Shown here piece by piece: positions 27,043-36,199 of a DNA stretch of 47,787 nt. A model generated the notes under the pieces. The model saw nothing but the letters and a program-made list of their open reading frames with translations, ran no database searches and was not told the origin of the DNA. The DNA is from an uncultured Silicimonas sp. Lineage in GTDB: Bacteria; Pseudomonadota; Alphaproteobacteria; Rhodobacterales; Rhodobacteraceae. The first letter of the stretch is position 1, and each line of letters starts with the position of its first letter. The stretch lies in the NCBI GenBank assembly GCA_964601395.1, contig CAZRNL010000001.1, positions 1-47,787 on the forward strand, given 5' to 3'. The translations under genes were made by a program, and so were the position numbers.

Positions 27043-28056
27043 TCAACAGGTTTCGCCGGGAATGAGGCGAAACCCGAGGTCCATTGCTCGCGGTCGGTCG
27101 GAATGGCCGTCATCTTCCGTGGCGAGGATCAATCCCGCTTCAACACCGATGCAGTGGCGCGGAGTCTGTATCGTACAGATGCGTTTGGGCAAAGCTTCGA
27201 GAAAATCCAGACCGTTGAAGCCAGCCAACGCGACATCGCCCGGAACCTCTATTCCTTCGGCAAGGCAATGCATCAGACCGCCTGCCGCAAGATCGTCGTT
27301 CGAGAAATAGATGGCGTCAGGCTTGTCTCGGTGTGCAAGCACTTCAGCGGTCAGTCGGCGGCCAAGCACCATCGAAGACGGTTCGGACGGGACAAGTTCG
27401 CACACCATCTCTGCGCCTGCCTCGCGGATCGCGTCGCGAAAAGCGTTAAGACGTTTGGTCGCGCGCAGGTCGCGTCTGCCCTGGCTGCCGAGATAGGCGA
27501 ACCGGCGGTATCCTTTCGCAAGCATGTGAAGCGCCATCGTGCGTCCGGCGGCGGACTGTGACACGCCGACACACCAGTCGATCGGATCGCCGTCGGTGTC
27601 CATGACTTCGACTACCCGGATGCCCGAGGCGCGGATTGCCGCGCGTGCCGCGCCGGAATGCTCCAACCCGGACAGAAGGATTCCGGTCGGGCGCCAGGAC
27701 AGAAGGTCGCGCACCAGTTCTTCCTCACGGTCCTGCGAGTACTCAGAAACGCCGAAGACTGGCTGATATCCGTGCGACACCACGGTTTCGTTCAAGCCTG
27801 ACAGCACCTCGGTGAAGACGCGATTGCCCAGCGTCGGCACGATGACCGCCACAAGTGGCGAGCGGTGCGATCTGAGGCCGATGGCGAGACGATTGTTGAC
27901 ATAGCCCAGCTCGTCAGCGGCCTTGGTCACCCTCTCACGGACCTTCTCGGATATGTAACCTGTTCCGCGCAGGACTCGCGATACTGTCATCTGGCTGACG
28001 CCTGCGACGGCGGCCACGTCGTCCATTGTCGGGCGGGGTATGCTGTCGTCGGGCAT
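27043..28056 (-). CDS. LacI-family regulator (E. coli gluconate-repressor/IdnR-like)
   Basis: HTH TMDDVAAVAGVSQMTVSRVL, LLSWRPTG and FSNDDLAAGG...AGFN. Divergent from ltnD. Confidence 0.9.
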   Translation of the reverse strand: MPDDSIPRPTMDDVAAVAGVSQMTVSRVLRGTGYISEKVRERVTKAADELGYVNNRLAIGLRSHRSPLVAVIVPTLGNRVFTEVLSGLNETVVSHGYQPVFGVSEYSQDREEELVRDLLSWRPTGILLSGLEHSGAARAAIRASGIRVVEVMDTDGDPIDWCVGVSQSAAGRTMALHMLAKGYRRFAYLGSQGRRDLRATKRLNAFRDAIREAGAEMVCELVPSEPSSMVLGRRLTAEVLAHRDKPDAIYFSNDDLAAGGLMHCLAEGIEVPGDVALAGFNGLDFLEALPKRICTIQTPRHCIGVEAGLILATEDDGHSDRPRAMDLGFRLIPGETC

Positions 28057-28114
28057 TTGACTGGCTTTGCTGACTTGCTGACCTGAAGCAATCCGGGTGA
28101 AATCGAATCTTGGC

Positions 28115-28134
28115 TTATGTTTTCGAAAACATAA
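28115..28134. promoter_or_regulatory. Operator palindrome 1, TTATGTTTTCGAAAACATAA
   Basis: Perfect 20-bp palindrome with central CG in the AT-rich LacI/ltnD intergenic region. Confidence 0.8.
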
Positions 28135-28146
28135 AGGACTTACTTG

Positions 28147-28164
28147 TATGTTTAGGTAAACATA
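28147..28164. promoter_or_regulatory. Operator palindrome 2, TATGTTTAGGTAAACATA
   Basis: 8-bp inverted arms with the same ATGTT-N6-AACAT core as palindrome 1. Centres are 31 bp apart. Confidence 0.75.
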
Positions 28165-28211
28165 TAGACAGCAGATTCTGACGAAAGCGTCTGCCCGAGT
28201 GGGAGATTCAA

Positions 28212-29123
28212 ATGCCACACAAACCGCGGATTGCCGTTATCGGGCTGGGCTCGATGGGTTACGGCATGGCGAAAAGCCTGCTTAGAGCCGGATTTGCCAC
28301 CCTCGGCGTCGACGTGAATCCTGCGCAGGTTCAGTCGTTTCAGGCCGAAGGGGGCGATGTTGCGACACTGGACAAGTTAGCGCGGGAACTGGATGCCGTT
28401 GTCGTGGTCGTCCTGAACGCCGCCCAGACCGAAGCCGTGCTGTTTGGCAAGAACGGTGTCGTGCCCCTGCTCAGGCCGGGGTCTGTGGTAATCGCCTGTG
28501 CTACGGTTTCACCGGAGTTCGCGCGATCCATGGCGGGGCTTTGTGACAGCTTTGGGGTTCATTATCTCGATGCGCCGATCTCAGGTGGATCGGGAAAGGC
28601 TGCGGCAGGCAAGCTGTCCGTGATGGCCTCGGGCACGCCGGAGGCATTCGCCGTCGCCAGACCCGTTCTGGGCGCGGTCGCCGAGACGGTGTTCGAGTTG
28701 GGTGACGCCGCTGGCGCGGGATCGGCCATGAAGGCCGTGAACCAGCTTCTTGCCGGCGTTCATATCGCGGTCATGGCCGAGGCGCTGACTTTCGGAATGA
28801 CACAGGGAGTGACGCCGGAGAAGTTCGTCGAGGTCATCAGCAAGTGCGCCGGAACGAGCTGGATGTTGGAAAACCGTTCACCGCATATCGTTGCGGGTGA
28901 CTATACGCCGCTTAGCCAGATCAACATCTGGCCCAAGGATCTGGGTATCGTGCTGGAGATAGCGAAATCCGCCGGTTTCAGCGCTCCGATCACTGCTGCG
29001 GCACTGCAGCAATACATGGTCGCCGTCGGTATGGGCCTTGGCCGCGAGGACGACGCTGCTATTGCCAAGGTCTATGCGCGAAACGTCGGCTTGAAGCTTC
29101 CCGGCGAAATGGACGAGGAGTAG
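28212..29123 (+). CDS. ltnD: L-threonate dehydrogenase
   Basis: GLGSMGYGMA, VVLNAAQTEAVLFG, DAPISGG, KAVNQLLAGVHIA and SWMLENR. First gene of the otn cluster. Confidence 0.88.
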   Translation: MPHKPRIAVIGLGSMGYGMAKSLLRAGFATLGVDVNPAQVQSFQAEGGDVATLDKLARELDAVVVVVLNAAQTEAVLFGKNGVVPLLRPGSVVIACATVSPEFARSMAGLCDSFGVHYLDAPISGGSGKAAAGKLSVMASGTPEAFAVARPVLGAVAETVFELGDAAGAGSAMKAVNQLLAGVHIAVMAEALTFGMTQGVTPEKFVEVISKCAGTSWMLENRSPHIVAGDYTPLSQINIWPKDLGIVLEIAKSAGFSAPITAAALQQYMVAVGMGLGREDDAAIAKVYARNVGLKLPGEMDEE

Positions 29124-29127
29124 CGCC

Positions 29128-30399
29128 ATGACCACGCAACTTGGCTGCATCGCGGATGACTTCACAGGGGCGACCGACCTTGCCGGTCTATTGGCCCGCT
29201 CGGGGATGCGGGTCAGCCTGCGGATCGGGGTGCCCTCTGAACCGCCGTCCGATACCGCTCCGTTCGAAGTCATCGCTCTCAAGTGCCGAACGGCGCCCGT
29301 GGCCGATGCCGTGGCAGAGACCCGACGAGCGCTGGATTGGCTCAGGTCCGCTGGAGCCACGCAGTACTTCTGGAAATACTGCTCCACCTTCGATTCGACA
29401 GCCGAAGGGAATATCGGTCCGGTGGCCGAGGCCTTGATGGACGCTATCGGGACCGACCAGACGATCTATTGCCCGGCCTTCCCGGAGAACGGGCGCTCTG
29501 TCTTCATGGGCAATCTCTTTGTCGGGCGACAACCCCTGAGCGAAAGCCCCATGAAGGACCACCCGCTGACACCGATGCTGGATTCAAACCTGATGCGTCT
29601 TCTGGAGCCACAAGTGACGCGGCCGGTTGGTCTCGTCGACCGACTGACAGTGGCGCAAGGCACCGGTGCCGTACGGACGGAACTGAAGCGGCTTGGTGCC
29701 AGTGGTGTGGCGCACGTCGTTGTCGACGCAGTCGCGAACAGCGATCTGGACATCATCGCCGAGGCATGTCTGGGAATGCCCCTGCTGACAGGTGGAAGTG
29801 CCTTGGCGATGCCCCTGCCGGCGTTGTACCGGGCGAAGGGCGTCATTGCTGCAGTCGCAGTGGACTTGGAAAGGTCCGAGCTTCCGACGACGGGCATCGT
29901 CCTCTCGGGCAGCTGTTCGGCCATGACAAACCGGCAGGTCGCCGACTATCGCGACAGGGGTGCTGCCACGTATCGGCTTGACCCGGTCGAAATTTCCGAA
30001 AACGGACCGGACGCTGCGCTGGATTGGTTGCGAAGTCAGAACCTTGGCGCAATGCCTCTGATTTATGCGTCGGCCGATCCCGCCAGCGTCAAAGCCGCGC
30101 AGGCGCAACTGGGAGTGGCTCGCGCTGGCGAGATCGTGGAGCATGCCCTGGCGACCTGCGCAGTCGCCGCACGGGATCGAGGTGCCCGGCGTTTCGTGGT
30201 GGCAGGCGGCGAGACGTCTGGCGCGGTGACCAAGGCATTGGGCGTCACGCAACTCGACATCGGGGCCGAGATCGCTCCGGGCGTACCATGGTGCTTCTGC
30301 AAGTCGGCCGGAGTTTCTATCGCGCTGACGCTGAAGTCTGGAAACTTTGGCACCGAAACCTTTTTCACCGACGCCTTTGCAAGGCTGGAGGCCAGATGA
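29128..30399 (+). CDS. otnK: 3-oxo-tetronate kinase (DUF1537 family)
   Basis: Motifs GCIADDFTGATDL, KYCSTFDST..GNIGPV, HPLTPM, SGSCS, AGGETSG and LKSGNFG. Confidence 0.92.
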   Translation: MTTQLGCIADDFTGATDLAGLLARSGMRVSLRIGVPSEPPSDTAPFEVIALKCRTAPVADAVAETRRALDWLRSAGATQYFWKYCSTFDSTAEGNIGPVAEALMDAIGTDQTIYCPAFPENGRSVFMGNLFVGRQPLSESPMKDHPLTPMLDSNLMRLLEPQVTRPVGLVDRLTVAQGTGAVRTELKRLGASGVAHVVVDAVANSDLDIIAEACLGMPLLTGGSALAMPLPALYRAKGVIAAVAVDLERSELPTTGIVLSGSCSAMTNRQVADYRDRGAATYRLDPVEISENGPDAALDWLRSQNLGAMPLIYASADPASVKAAQAQLGVARAGEIVEHALATCAVAARDRGARRFVVAGGETSGAVTKALGVTQLDIGAEIAPGVPWCFCKSAGVSIALTLKSGNFGTETFFTDAFARLEAR

Positions 30400-31046
30400 C
30401 TTGCGACTCTGACCTGCGGGAGCAAATCTGCATTCTGGCGAAGTCGCTTTTCGATCGCGGGCTCACGCACGGATCGACAGGCAACATTTCGGCGCGCACG
30501 TCCGATGGAGGGCTACTGGTCAGCCCGACCGGATCGAGTTTCGGGCGACTTGATCCATCGAGGCTCAGTCACTTGGACGTTGACGGTCGGCTTATCGCCG
30601 GAGACCCGCCGACGAAGGAAATGCCGCTGCACTCGGCCTTCTACGATACGCGAAGCGTCGCGGGTGCGGTGGTGCATCTCCACTCGTGCCATGCCGTTGC
30701 GTTGTCCATGATGCCTGACGTCGACGAGGACAATTTCCTGCCACCACTCACGCCGTACGGGATCATGAAGCTTGGCAAGGTCAAGCTGCTGCCATTCTTC
30801 CTGCCGGGCGATCCGGCGATGGGCGAGGCGGTGCGAGGGCTTGCGGGAAAACGCGCGGCCGTAATGCTCGCCAATCACGGACCCGTCGTGGCGGCCAAGG
30901 ATGTGGAAGCCGCCTGCACAGCCATCGAGGAACTGGAAGACACTGCCCGGCTGGCAATGATGACGCGGGGCATGTCGCCACGCGGGTTGACCGACGATCA
31001 GGTGAAGGCAGTGGTCACGGCGTTCGATGTGGAGTGGGACGGATGA
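30396..31046 (+). CDS. otnC: 3-oxo-tetronate 4-phosphate decarboxylase (class II aldolase fold)
   Basis: SLFDRGLTHGSTGNIS, PTKEMPLH, VVHLHS, PPLTPY and LANHGPV. ATGA overlap with otnK. Confidence 0.88.
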   Translation: MTCDSDLREQICILAKSLFDRGLTHGSTGNISARTSDGGLLVSPTGSSFGRLDPSRLSHLDVDGRLIAGDPPTKEMPLHSAFYDTRSVAGAVVHLHSCHAVALSMMPDVDEDNFLPPLTPYGIMKLGKVKLLPFFLPGDPAMGEAVRGLAGKRAAVMLANHGPVVAAKDVEAACTAIEELEDTARLAMMTRGMSPRGLTDDQVKAVVTAFDVEWDG

Positions 31047-31807
31047 AATTCTCGGCCAACCTGGGGTTCCTTTGGAAGGACAGGTCGTTGCCGGACGCGA
31101 TCCGGGCCGCAAAAACGGCAGGGTTCGATGCCGTCGAGTGTCACTGGCCTTATGACACTCCGGTAGACGACGTGAACAGGGCGCTGAACGAGACAGGCCT
31201 GGCAATGCTTGGGCTGAACACGCGGCGCAGCACTCTGGATGACGGCCAGAACGGGTTGGCAGCACTGCCCGACCGCGTTGCGGACGCACGGTCGAGCATC
31301 GACGAAGCGCTTCGTTATGCCGAGGCGATCGGCACCCGCTCGGTTCATGTGATGGCGGGTTTCGCACACGGCGCCACCGCGCACGATACGTTTGCCGCAA
31401 ACCTGCGCTATGCCTGCACTTGCGCCGAAGCGCTCGACATAACCATCCTGATCGAGCCGCTGAACCGTCACGATGCACCGGGATACTTCCTGCAAACGAC
31501 GGACAAAGCGCGCGCGATCATCGCCGAGGTCGACCGCCATAACCTCAAGCTGATGTTCGACTGTTATCACGTTGGCCGGACCGAGGGTGATATCGTCACG
31601 CGATTGAAGGATCTTCTGCCGATCATCGGGCATATCCAGTTTGCGTCGGTTCCTGACCGGGGCACCCCGGATCATGGCGAGATCAATTTCGCCCATGTCT
31701 TCGCCGAGATCGACGCGATCGGGTGGGATCGGCCTGTCGGTGCCGAATACAAGCCTGCGGGCGTTACTTCCACAACGCTTGACTGGATGCAGAAGCTCCG
31801 ACCTTAA
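31043..31807 (+). CDS. otnI: 2-oxo-tetronate isomerase (hydroxypyruvate isomerase family)
   Basis: Motifs FSANLG, GFDAVE, IEPLN..D.PGYFL, FDCYH, HIQFA.VPDRG.PD.GE and GAEY. Confidence 0.82.
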   Translation: MKFSANLGFLWKDRSLPDAIRAAKTAGFDAVECHWPYDTPVDDVNRALNETGLAMLGLNTRRSTLDDGQNGLAALPDRVADARSSIDEALRYAEAIGTRSVHVMAGFAHGATAHDTFAANLRYACTCAEALDITILIEPLNRHDAPGYFLQTTDKARAIIAEVDRHNLKLMFDCYHVGRTEGDIVTRLKDLLPIIGHIQFASVPDRGTPDHGEINFAHVFAEIDAIGWDRPVGAEYKPAGVTSTTLDWMQKLRP

Positions 31808-31813
31808 CGACGG

Positions 31814-32845
31814 TCAGTCGTTCGAGAAGGCTATCTGCGCCTTTACCGCCTTCGAGCGATCTCCGGCAGTTTCGAAGGCTTCGATGGCATCGCCCAAAGC
31901 GAAGGTATGGGTGATGAAGGGTTTCACGTCGATCAGGCCTTTCCGCATCAGGCTGACGCCGGTGAAAAACTCCCCGTGGAATCGGAAAGACCCTTTCAGT
32001 GACAACTCCTTCGCAGTCATCGCCTGCACCGGTAGCTCCATGTCGCCGCCCAGACCCAGTTGGATGATCTGCCCGCCTGGACGAAGCGCGGGGATTGCAC
32101 CGCGGAGCGCGTGAACAGAGCCGGAGCATTCGATTAGAACGTCGAACGTTCCCTTGTCGGCTTCGAAAGATGTCAGCGCATCGGGTCCGGCTGTGATCAC
32201 CAGATCCGCTCCCGCCGTGCGGGCCATGTCGAGGGTGAAGTCGGAAAGGTCAGTGGCCACGATCATGTCGGCCCCGGCTCGTCTTGCAGCAAGGATGCAG
32301 AGAATGCCGATCGGTCCGCAGCCCGTCACCAGCACGGACTTACCGAGAAGCGGTCCAGCCTGGTTGGTGGCGTGAAGGCAGACCGCCAGCGGTTCGGCCA
32401 TCGCGGCCTCGCCGGGGGTCAGGCCATCGGCAGGCGCGCATTGCCAGGCTTCGGCCACCAGCATTTCGCGAAAGGCGCCCTGGATGTGCGGGAAAGGCAT
32501 GGCTGAGCCATAGAACCGCATGTTCAGGCAATGGTTGTACATCGCTTCGCGGCAATAACGGCAGTTGCCACAGGGCCTTGATGGCGAGACGGCGACGAGC
32601 TGACCCACACTCAGACCGTCGACACCTTCGCCCAGCTTGACGACGTAGCCCGAGACTTCGTGCCCGAGGACCATCGGCTCTTTCAGACGCACGGTGCCGA
32701 AACCACCGTGGTTGTAGTAGTGAAGGTCCGATCCACAGATGCCGCCAGCGGCCATTTTTATCAGGACCTGACCTGGTCCGGGTTCTTCGACGATGGCGTC
32801 CTCGACCCTCAGGTCTTTGGCCGCGTGAATGACGATGGATTTCAT
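31814..32845 (-). CDS. idnD: L-idonate 5-dehydrogenase (Zn-dependent MDR)
   Basis: Motifs GGICGSDLHYY.HGGFG, LGHE, CGNCRYC...NHC, MRFYGSAMPFPHIQGAF and GSFRF. Confidence 0.85.
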   Translation of the reverse strand: MKSIVIHAAKDLRVEDAIVEEPGPGQVLIKMAAGGICGSDLHYYNHGGFGTVRLKEPMVLGHEVSGYVVKLGEGVDGLSVGQLVAVSPSRPCGNCRYCREAMYNHCLNMRFYGSAMPFPHIQGAFREMLVAEAWQCAPADGLTPGEAAMAEPLAVCLHATNQAGPLLGKSVLVTGCGPIGILCILAARRAGADMIVATDLSDFTLDMARTAGADLVITAGPDALTSFEADKGTFDVLIECSGSVHALRGAIPALRPGGQIIQLGLGGDMELPVQAMTAKELSLKGSFRFHGEFFTGVSLMRKGLIDVKPFITHTFALGDAIEAFETAGDRSKAVKAQIAFSND

Positions 32846-33015
32846 GGCATTCTCCGTGGGTCCGGGGTGCGATCGCCGGTTGAGGGGACCGTGCCTTACC
32901 ACCTGTACATCCGCAAGGCCTGGGTGCAGTCGCGCTGCGCGAGGGTCACAAAGGTCTTGCCGTTCCGGTGACGAGGTGAAACCACGGAGCGCATCGAATG
33001 AGGGAGCATCGCGCC

Positions 33016-33783
33016 ATGGGACTGGAGATCTTCGACCTTACGGGACGGACGGCGCTGGTGACGGGATCATCGCAAGGCATCGGGATGGCCCTGGCGCGCG
33101 GTCTGGCCGGAGCGGGCGCGAAGGTCGTCCTGAACGGGCGGAATGATGGCAAGCTGGCGGACGCCGCCGCAACCCTTCGTGGGGAGGGCGCGACTGTAGC
33201 AACGCTGGCCTTCGACGTCACCGATCATGCCGGCGTTCGGGCCGCCATCGACGGCTACGAGGCATCGGAAGGGCCGATCCACATCCTGGTGAACAACGCG
33301 GGAATGCAGCATCGCGCACCGCTCGAGGACTTCCCGCCCGAGGAATTCGAGCGCCTTCTGCAAACCAATATCGCAAGCGTCTTCCATGTGGGCCAGGCCT
33401 GTGCGCGGCACATGATCAGGCGGAAAGCCGGTAAGATCATCAATATCGCCAGCGTGCAGACCGCGCTCGCCCGGCCCGGCATCGCGCCCTATACTGCCAC
33501 CAAGGGGGCTGTCTCGAACCTGACCAAAGGCATGGCGACCGACTGGGCCAAGCATGGGCTGCAGTGCAACGCGCTGGCTCCGGGGTATTTCGACACGCCT
33601 CTCAACGCGGCGCTCGTGGCTGACCCTGAGTTCTCGGCCTGGCTGGAGAAGCGAACCCCGGCCGGGCGCTGGGGCAAGGTCGAGGAACTGGTAGGAACCT
33701 GCCTGTTCCTCGCCTCGGACGCGTCCTCCTTCGTCAACGGCACCACCGTTTTCGTCGATGGCGGGATCACGGCATCGCTTTAG
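33016..33783 (+). CDS. idnO: Gluconate 5-dehydrogenase (SDR)
   Basis: Motifs TGSSQGIG, NNAGMQHRAPLE, SVQTALARPGIAPYTATKG, PGYFDT and RTPAGRWG. Confidence 0.85.
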   Translation: MGLEIFDLTGRTALVTGSSQGIGMALARGLAGAGAKVVLNGRNDGKLADAAATLRGEGATVATLAFDVTDHAGVRAAIDGYEASEGPIHILVNNAGMQHRAPLEDFPPEEFERLLQTNIASVFHVGQACARHMIRRKAGKIINIASVQTALARPGIAPYTATKGAVSNLTKGMATDWAKHGLQCNALAPGYFDTPLNAALVADPEFSAWLEKRTPAGRWGKVEELVGTCLFLASDASSFVNGTTVFVDGGITASL

Positions 33784-33790
33784 GCTGGAC

Positions 33791-34477
33791 TCATACCCCG
33801 ATGTAGCGAGACCGCAGTTCCGGGTCGAGCGCCGTCATCGAGCCAGTCCAGACCGTCTGACCGCGCTCCAGTATCACCGCGCGGTCGGCAATGGCGGTGA
33901 GTTCGGCGAGCGACTTGTCGATGACAAGGATAGACAATCCCGCCTGGTTTTTCAGCCGGCCTATCGCAGCCCAGATTTCCCTTCGCACTATCGGCGCCAG
34001 CCCTTCCGTCGCCTCGTCGAGGATCAGAAGCCGGGGATTCGTCATCAGGGCGCGACCGACCGCCAGCATCTGCTGTTCTCCGCCCGAAAGTTGCGATGCC
34101 CGGTGACCAGACCGTTCGGCAAGCCGCGGGAACAGGGTTTCGACACGCGAACGATCCCAGTAGCCCGGGCGCGCGGCAGCCAGAAGGTTCTCAGGCACGG
34201 ACAGGTCACGGAAGCAACGCCGGCCCTCCGGGACCAACCCGATCCCAAGCCGCGCCACCCTGTGACTGGGAAGGCGGGACAAATCGTGACCGTCGAAGCG
34301 CAGCGTTCCTCCACAGGGCAGCATCCGGCAAATCGTCTTTACTGTCGTGGTCTTGCCCATGCCGTTGCGGCCCAGAAGCGCTACGACTTCACCTTCCGCC
34401 ACATCAAGATCGACGCCGAACAAGGCCTGGCTTGCGCCGTAGGACGCCGTGACCCCCTGAAGCGCCAGAAGTTTCAT
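33791..34477 (-). CDS. HAAT ABC transporter ATPase (LivF-like)
   Basis: Walker A GRNGMGKT, VPEGR, LSGGEQQM and LDEATEGL. Confidence 0.9.
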   Translation of the reverse strand: MKLLALQGVTASYGASQALFGVDLDVAEGEVVALLGRNGMGKTTTVKTICRMLPCGGTLRFDGHDLSRLPSHRVARLGIGLVPEGRRCFRDLSVPENLLAAARPGYWDRSRVETLFPRLAERSGHRASQLSGGEQQMLAVGRALMTNPRLLILDEATEGLAPIVRREIWAAIGRLKNQAGLSILVIDKSLAELTAIADRAVILERGQTVWTGSMTALDPELRSRYIGV

Positions 34478-35223
34478 GCGTCTTCCCCGAGATAGGCTTC
34501 GCGCACCACTGCGCTGGCTCGGATCTGATCGACAGTGCCGGACTCGATCACCTGGCCATAGTCCAGAACCGTGATCCGATCAGCCAGCGCGAAGACTGCG
34601 TCCATGTCATGCTCGACGAGAAGGATCGGAGCCTCGTCTCTGAGAGCGTCCAGAAAACCGGTCAGTGTCTTCGAGCCCTCCGCGCCAAGCCCGGCCATGG
34701 GTTCATCCATGAGGAAGGCTCGCGGTTGCATCGTCAGCGCGACCGCGACTTCCAACTGCCGGCGCTGGCCGTGACTAAGTTCAGCGGTGCGAGCTTGCGC
34801 GTGATCCTCCAGGCCGACCCTCTCAAGCGCCTGCATCGCGCGCTCTCGGAGTGCGGTATCGCGTAGGGCCGGACGCCAGAAACGCCAGGGCGAGGACGTT
34901 GCGCCGAGTGCGCCCAGCACGGCGTTCTGAAGCACGGTATCCTCCATCGCCAGCGCCGAGATTTGGAATGTGCGCCCCAACCCGGCCCGAGCGCGTTCCC
35001 GTGTATCGAGGGAGGTCACATCGCGACCAAGAAGCTCGACCGTACCGGCGTCGGGCCGCAGCGATCCGCAGATCTGCGCGATCAGTGTCGACTTGCCGGC
35101 GCCGTTGGGCCCGATGATTGCGTGGATCTCACCTGGGTTCAACGTGATCGACACGTCATCGGTCGCAACGAGCGCGCCGAAGCTTTTGCACAGCTTGCAC
35201 GTGGCCAGGACGGGATCAGTCAC
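34474..35223 (-). CDS. HAAT ABC transporter ATPase (LivG-like)
   Basis: Motifs GPNGAGKST, RTFQ, LSHGQ, DEPMAG and VEHDM. Confidence 0.9.
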   Translation of the reverse strand: MTDPVLATCKLCKSFGALVATDDVSITLNPGEIHAIIGPNGAGKSTLIAQICGSLRPDAGTVELLGRDVTSLDTRERARAGLGRTFQISALAMEDTVLQNAVLGALGATSSPWRFWRPALRDTALRERAMQALERVGLEDHAQARTAELSHGQRRQLEVAVALTMQPRAFLMDEPMAGLGAEGSKTLTGFLDALRDEAPILLVEHDMDAVFALADRITVLDYGQVIESGTVDQIRASAVVREAYLGEDA

Positions 35224-36199
35224 GCGTCACCTCCCTGCCCGACAGAAGCCCGATGAGCCCCCCGCGCGCAAAGAGGACGATGCCAAGCAGCAGCAGGCCA
35301 AGCCAAATGTGCCAATAGTCGCTGAGACCCCCCAGAACATGCTCGAGGGCGACGAACAAGACTGCGCCCGCGACCGGGCCGAACAGGCGGGCAACTCCTC
35401 CAAGAATCACGAAGACCATGATCTCGCCAGACATTTGCCAACTGAACATCGTGGGGCTGACGAAGCGGTTGAGATCGGCGAAGAGCGCACCGGCAAGCCC
35501 CGTGACTGCGCCCGAGATGACGAAGGCAACCAGCTTGAGGCGCGTCGGATCGAGCCCCACTGTTTGGACCCTTTGCGGAACCTGGCGAGCGGCGTTCAAG
35601 GCCAGTCCGAAGGGCGCACGCGCAATTCGTGCGTTGAGGAACAATACGCAGCATAGAAGGCCGAAGCACAGGCCATAGAACTGGATCGGTACAAGGGTAT
35701 TGAGGCCTGGAAAGCTGTTCCTGACATAGATCGACAGGCCGTCTTCTCCGCCATAAGCGGACCAGCTGATCGAGAAGTAGAACAGCATCTGACCGAACGC
35801 GAGCGTGATCATGATGAAGTAGACCCCCGAGGTCCGAAGTGACAGCGCGCCGATCACCAATGCCACCAGCGATGACGCGACCACAGCGACAAGCCAGATC
35901 ACCGGCATGGATTTGGTACCGTGGATCAGGATCGGCCATTCCAGCAGAGGCGAGTAATCCTGCGCGTGGAAGGCGAGGATTCCCATTGCATAGCCGCCTA
36001 TGCCGAAGAAGGCGGCGTGGCCGAAGCTGACCAGACCTCCGAGGCCCAGCGCGATGTTCAGACCGACTGCAGCCAGCGCGAAGATCACCGCGCGGGTCGC
36101 AAGTGTCACCGTGAAGGGTTGGTCTTCCAGATGGGCAGCCAGGGGCACGATGATCAGCAGGGCCAGAAGCGCTGTGTTGACGAAACGCTCCCTGATCAT
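35216..36199 (-). CDS. HAAT ABC transporter permease (LivM-like)
   Basis: Hydrophobic. GLVSFGHAAFFGIGGY, GVYFIMITLAF and GGEDG. Confidence 0.9.
   Translation of the reverse strand: MIRERFVNTALLALLIIVPLAAHLEDQPFTVTLATRAVIFALAAVGLNIALGLGGLVSFGHAAFFGIGGYAMGILAFHAQDYSPLLEWPILIHGTKSMPVIWLVAVVASSLVALVIGALSLRTSGVYFIMITLAFGQMLFYFSISWSAYGGEDGLSIYVRNSFPGLNTLVPIQFYGLCFGLLCCVLFLNARIARAPFGLALNAARQVPQRVQTVGLDPTRLKLVAFVISGAVTGLAGALFADLNRFVSPTMFSWQMSGEIMVFVILGGVARLFGPVAGAVLFVALEHVLGGLSDYWHIWLGLLLLGIVLFARGGLIGLLSGREVTRD

Noticed and set aside
25930-27561. 543-aa plus-strand ORF
   Set aside because: Antisense to qor and the LacI gene, with no family motifs.
30024-30395. N-terminal extension of otnC (likewise the long starts of hydantoinase B, galB, LacI, mtnA and the DHDPS-like gene)
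   Set aside because: The extensions overlap neighbouring genes or operators. Downstream starts have an RBS or stop/start overlap and fit family lengths.
32846-33015. Possible gene remnant between idnD and idnO
   Set aside because: The short translations match no family I recognise.
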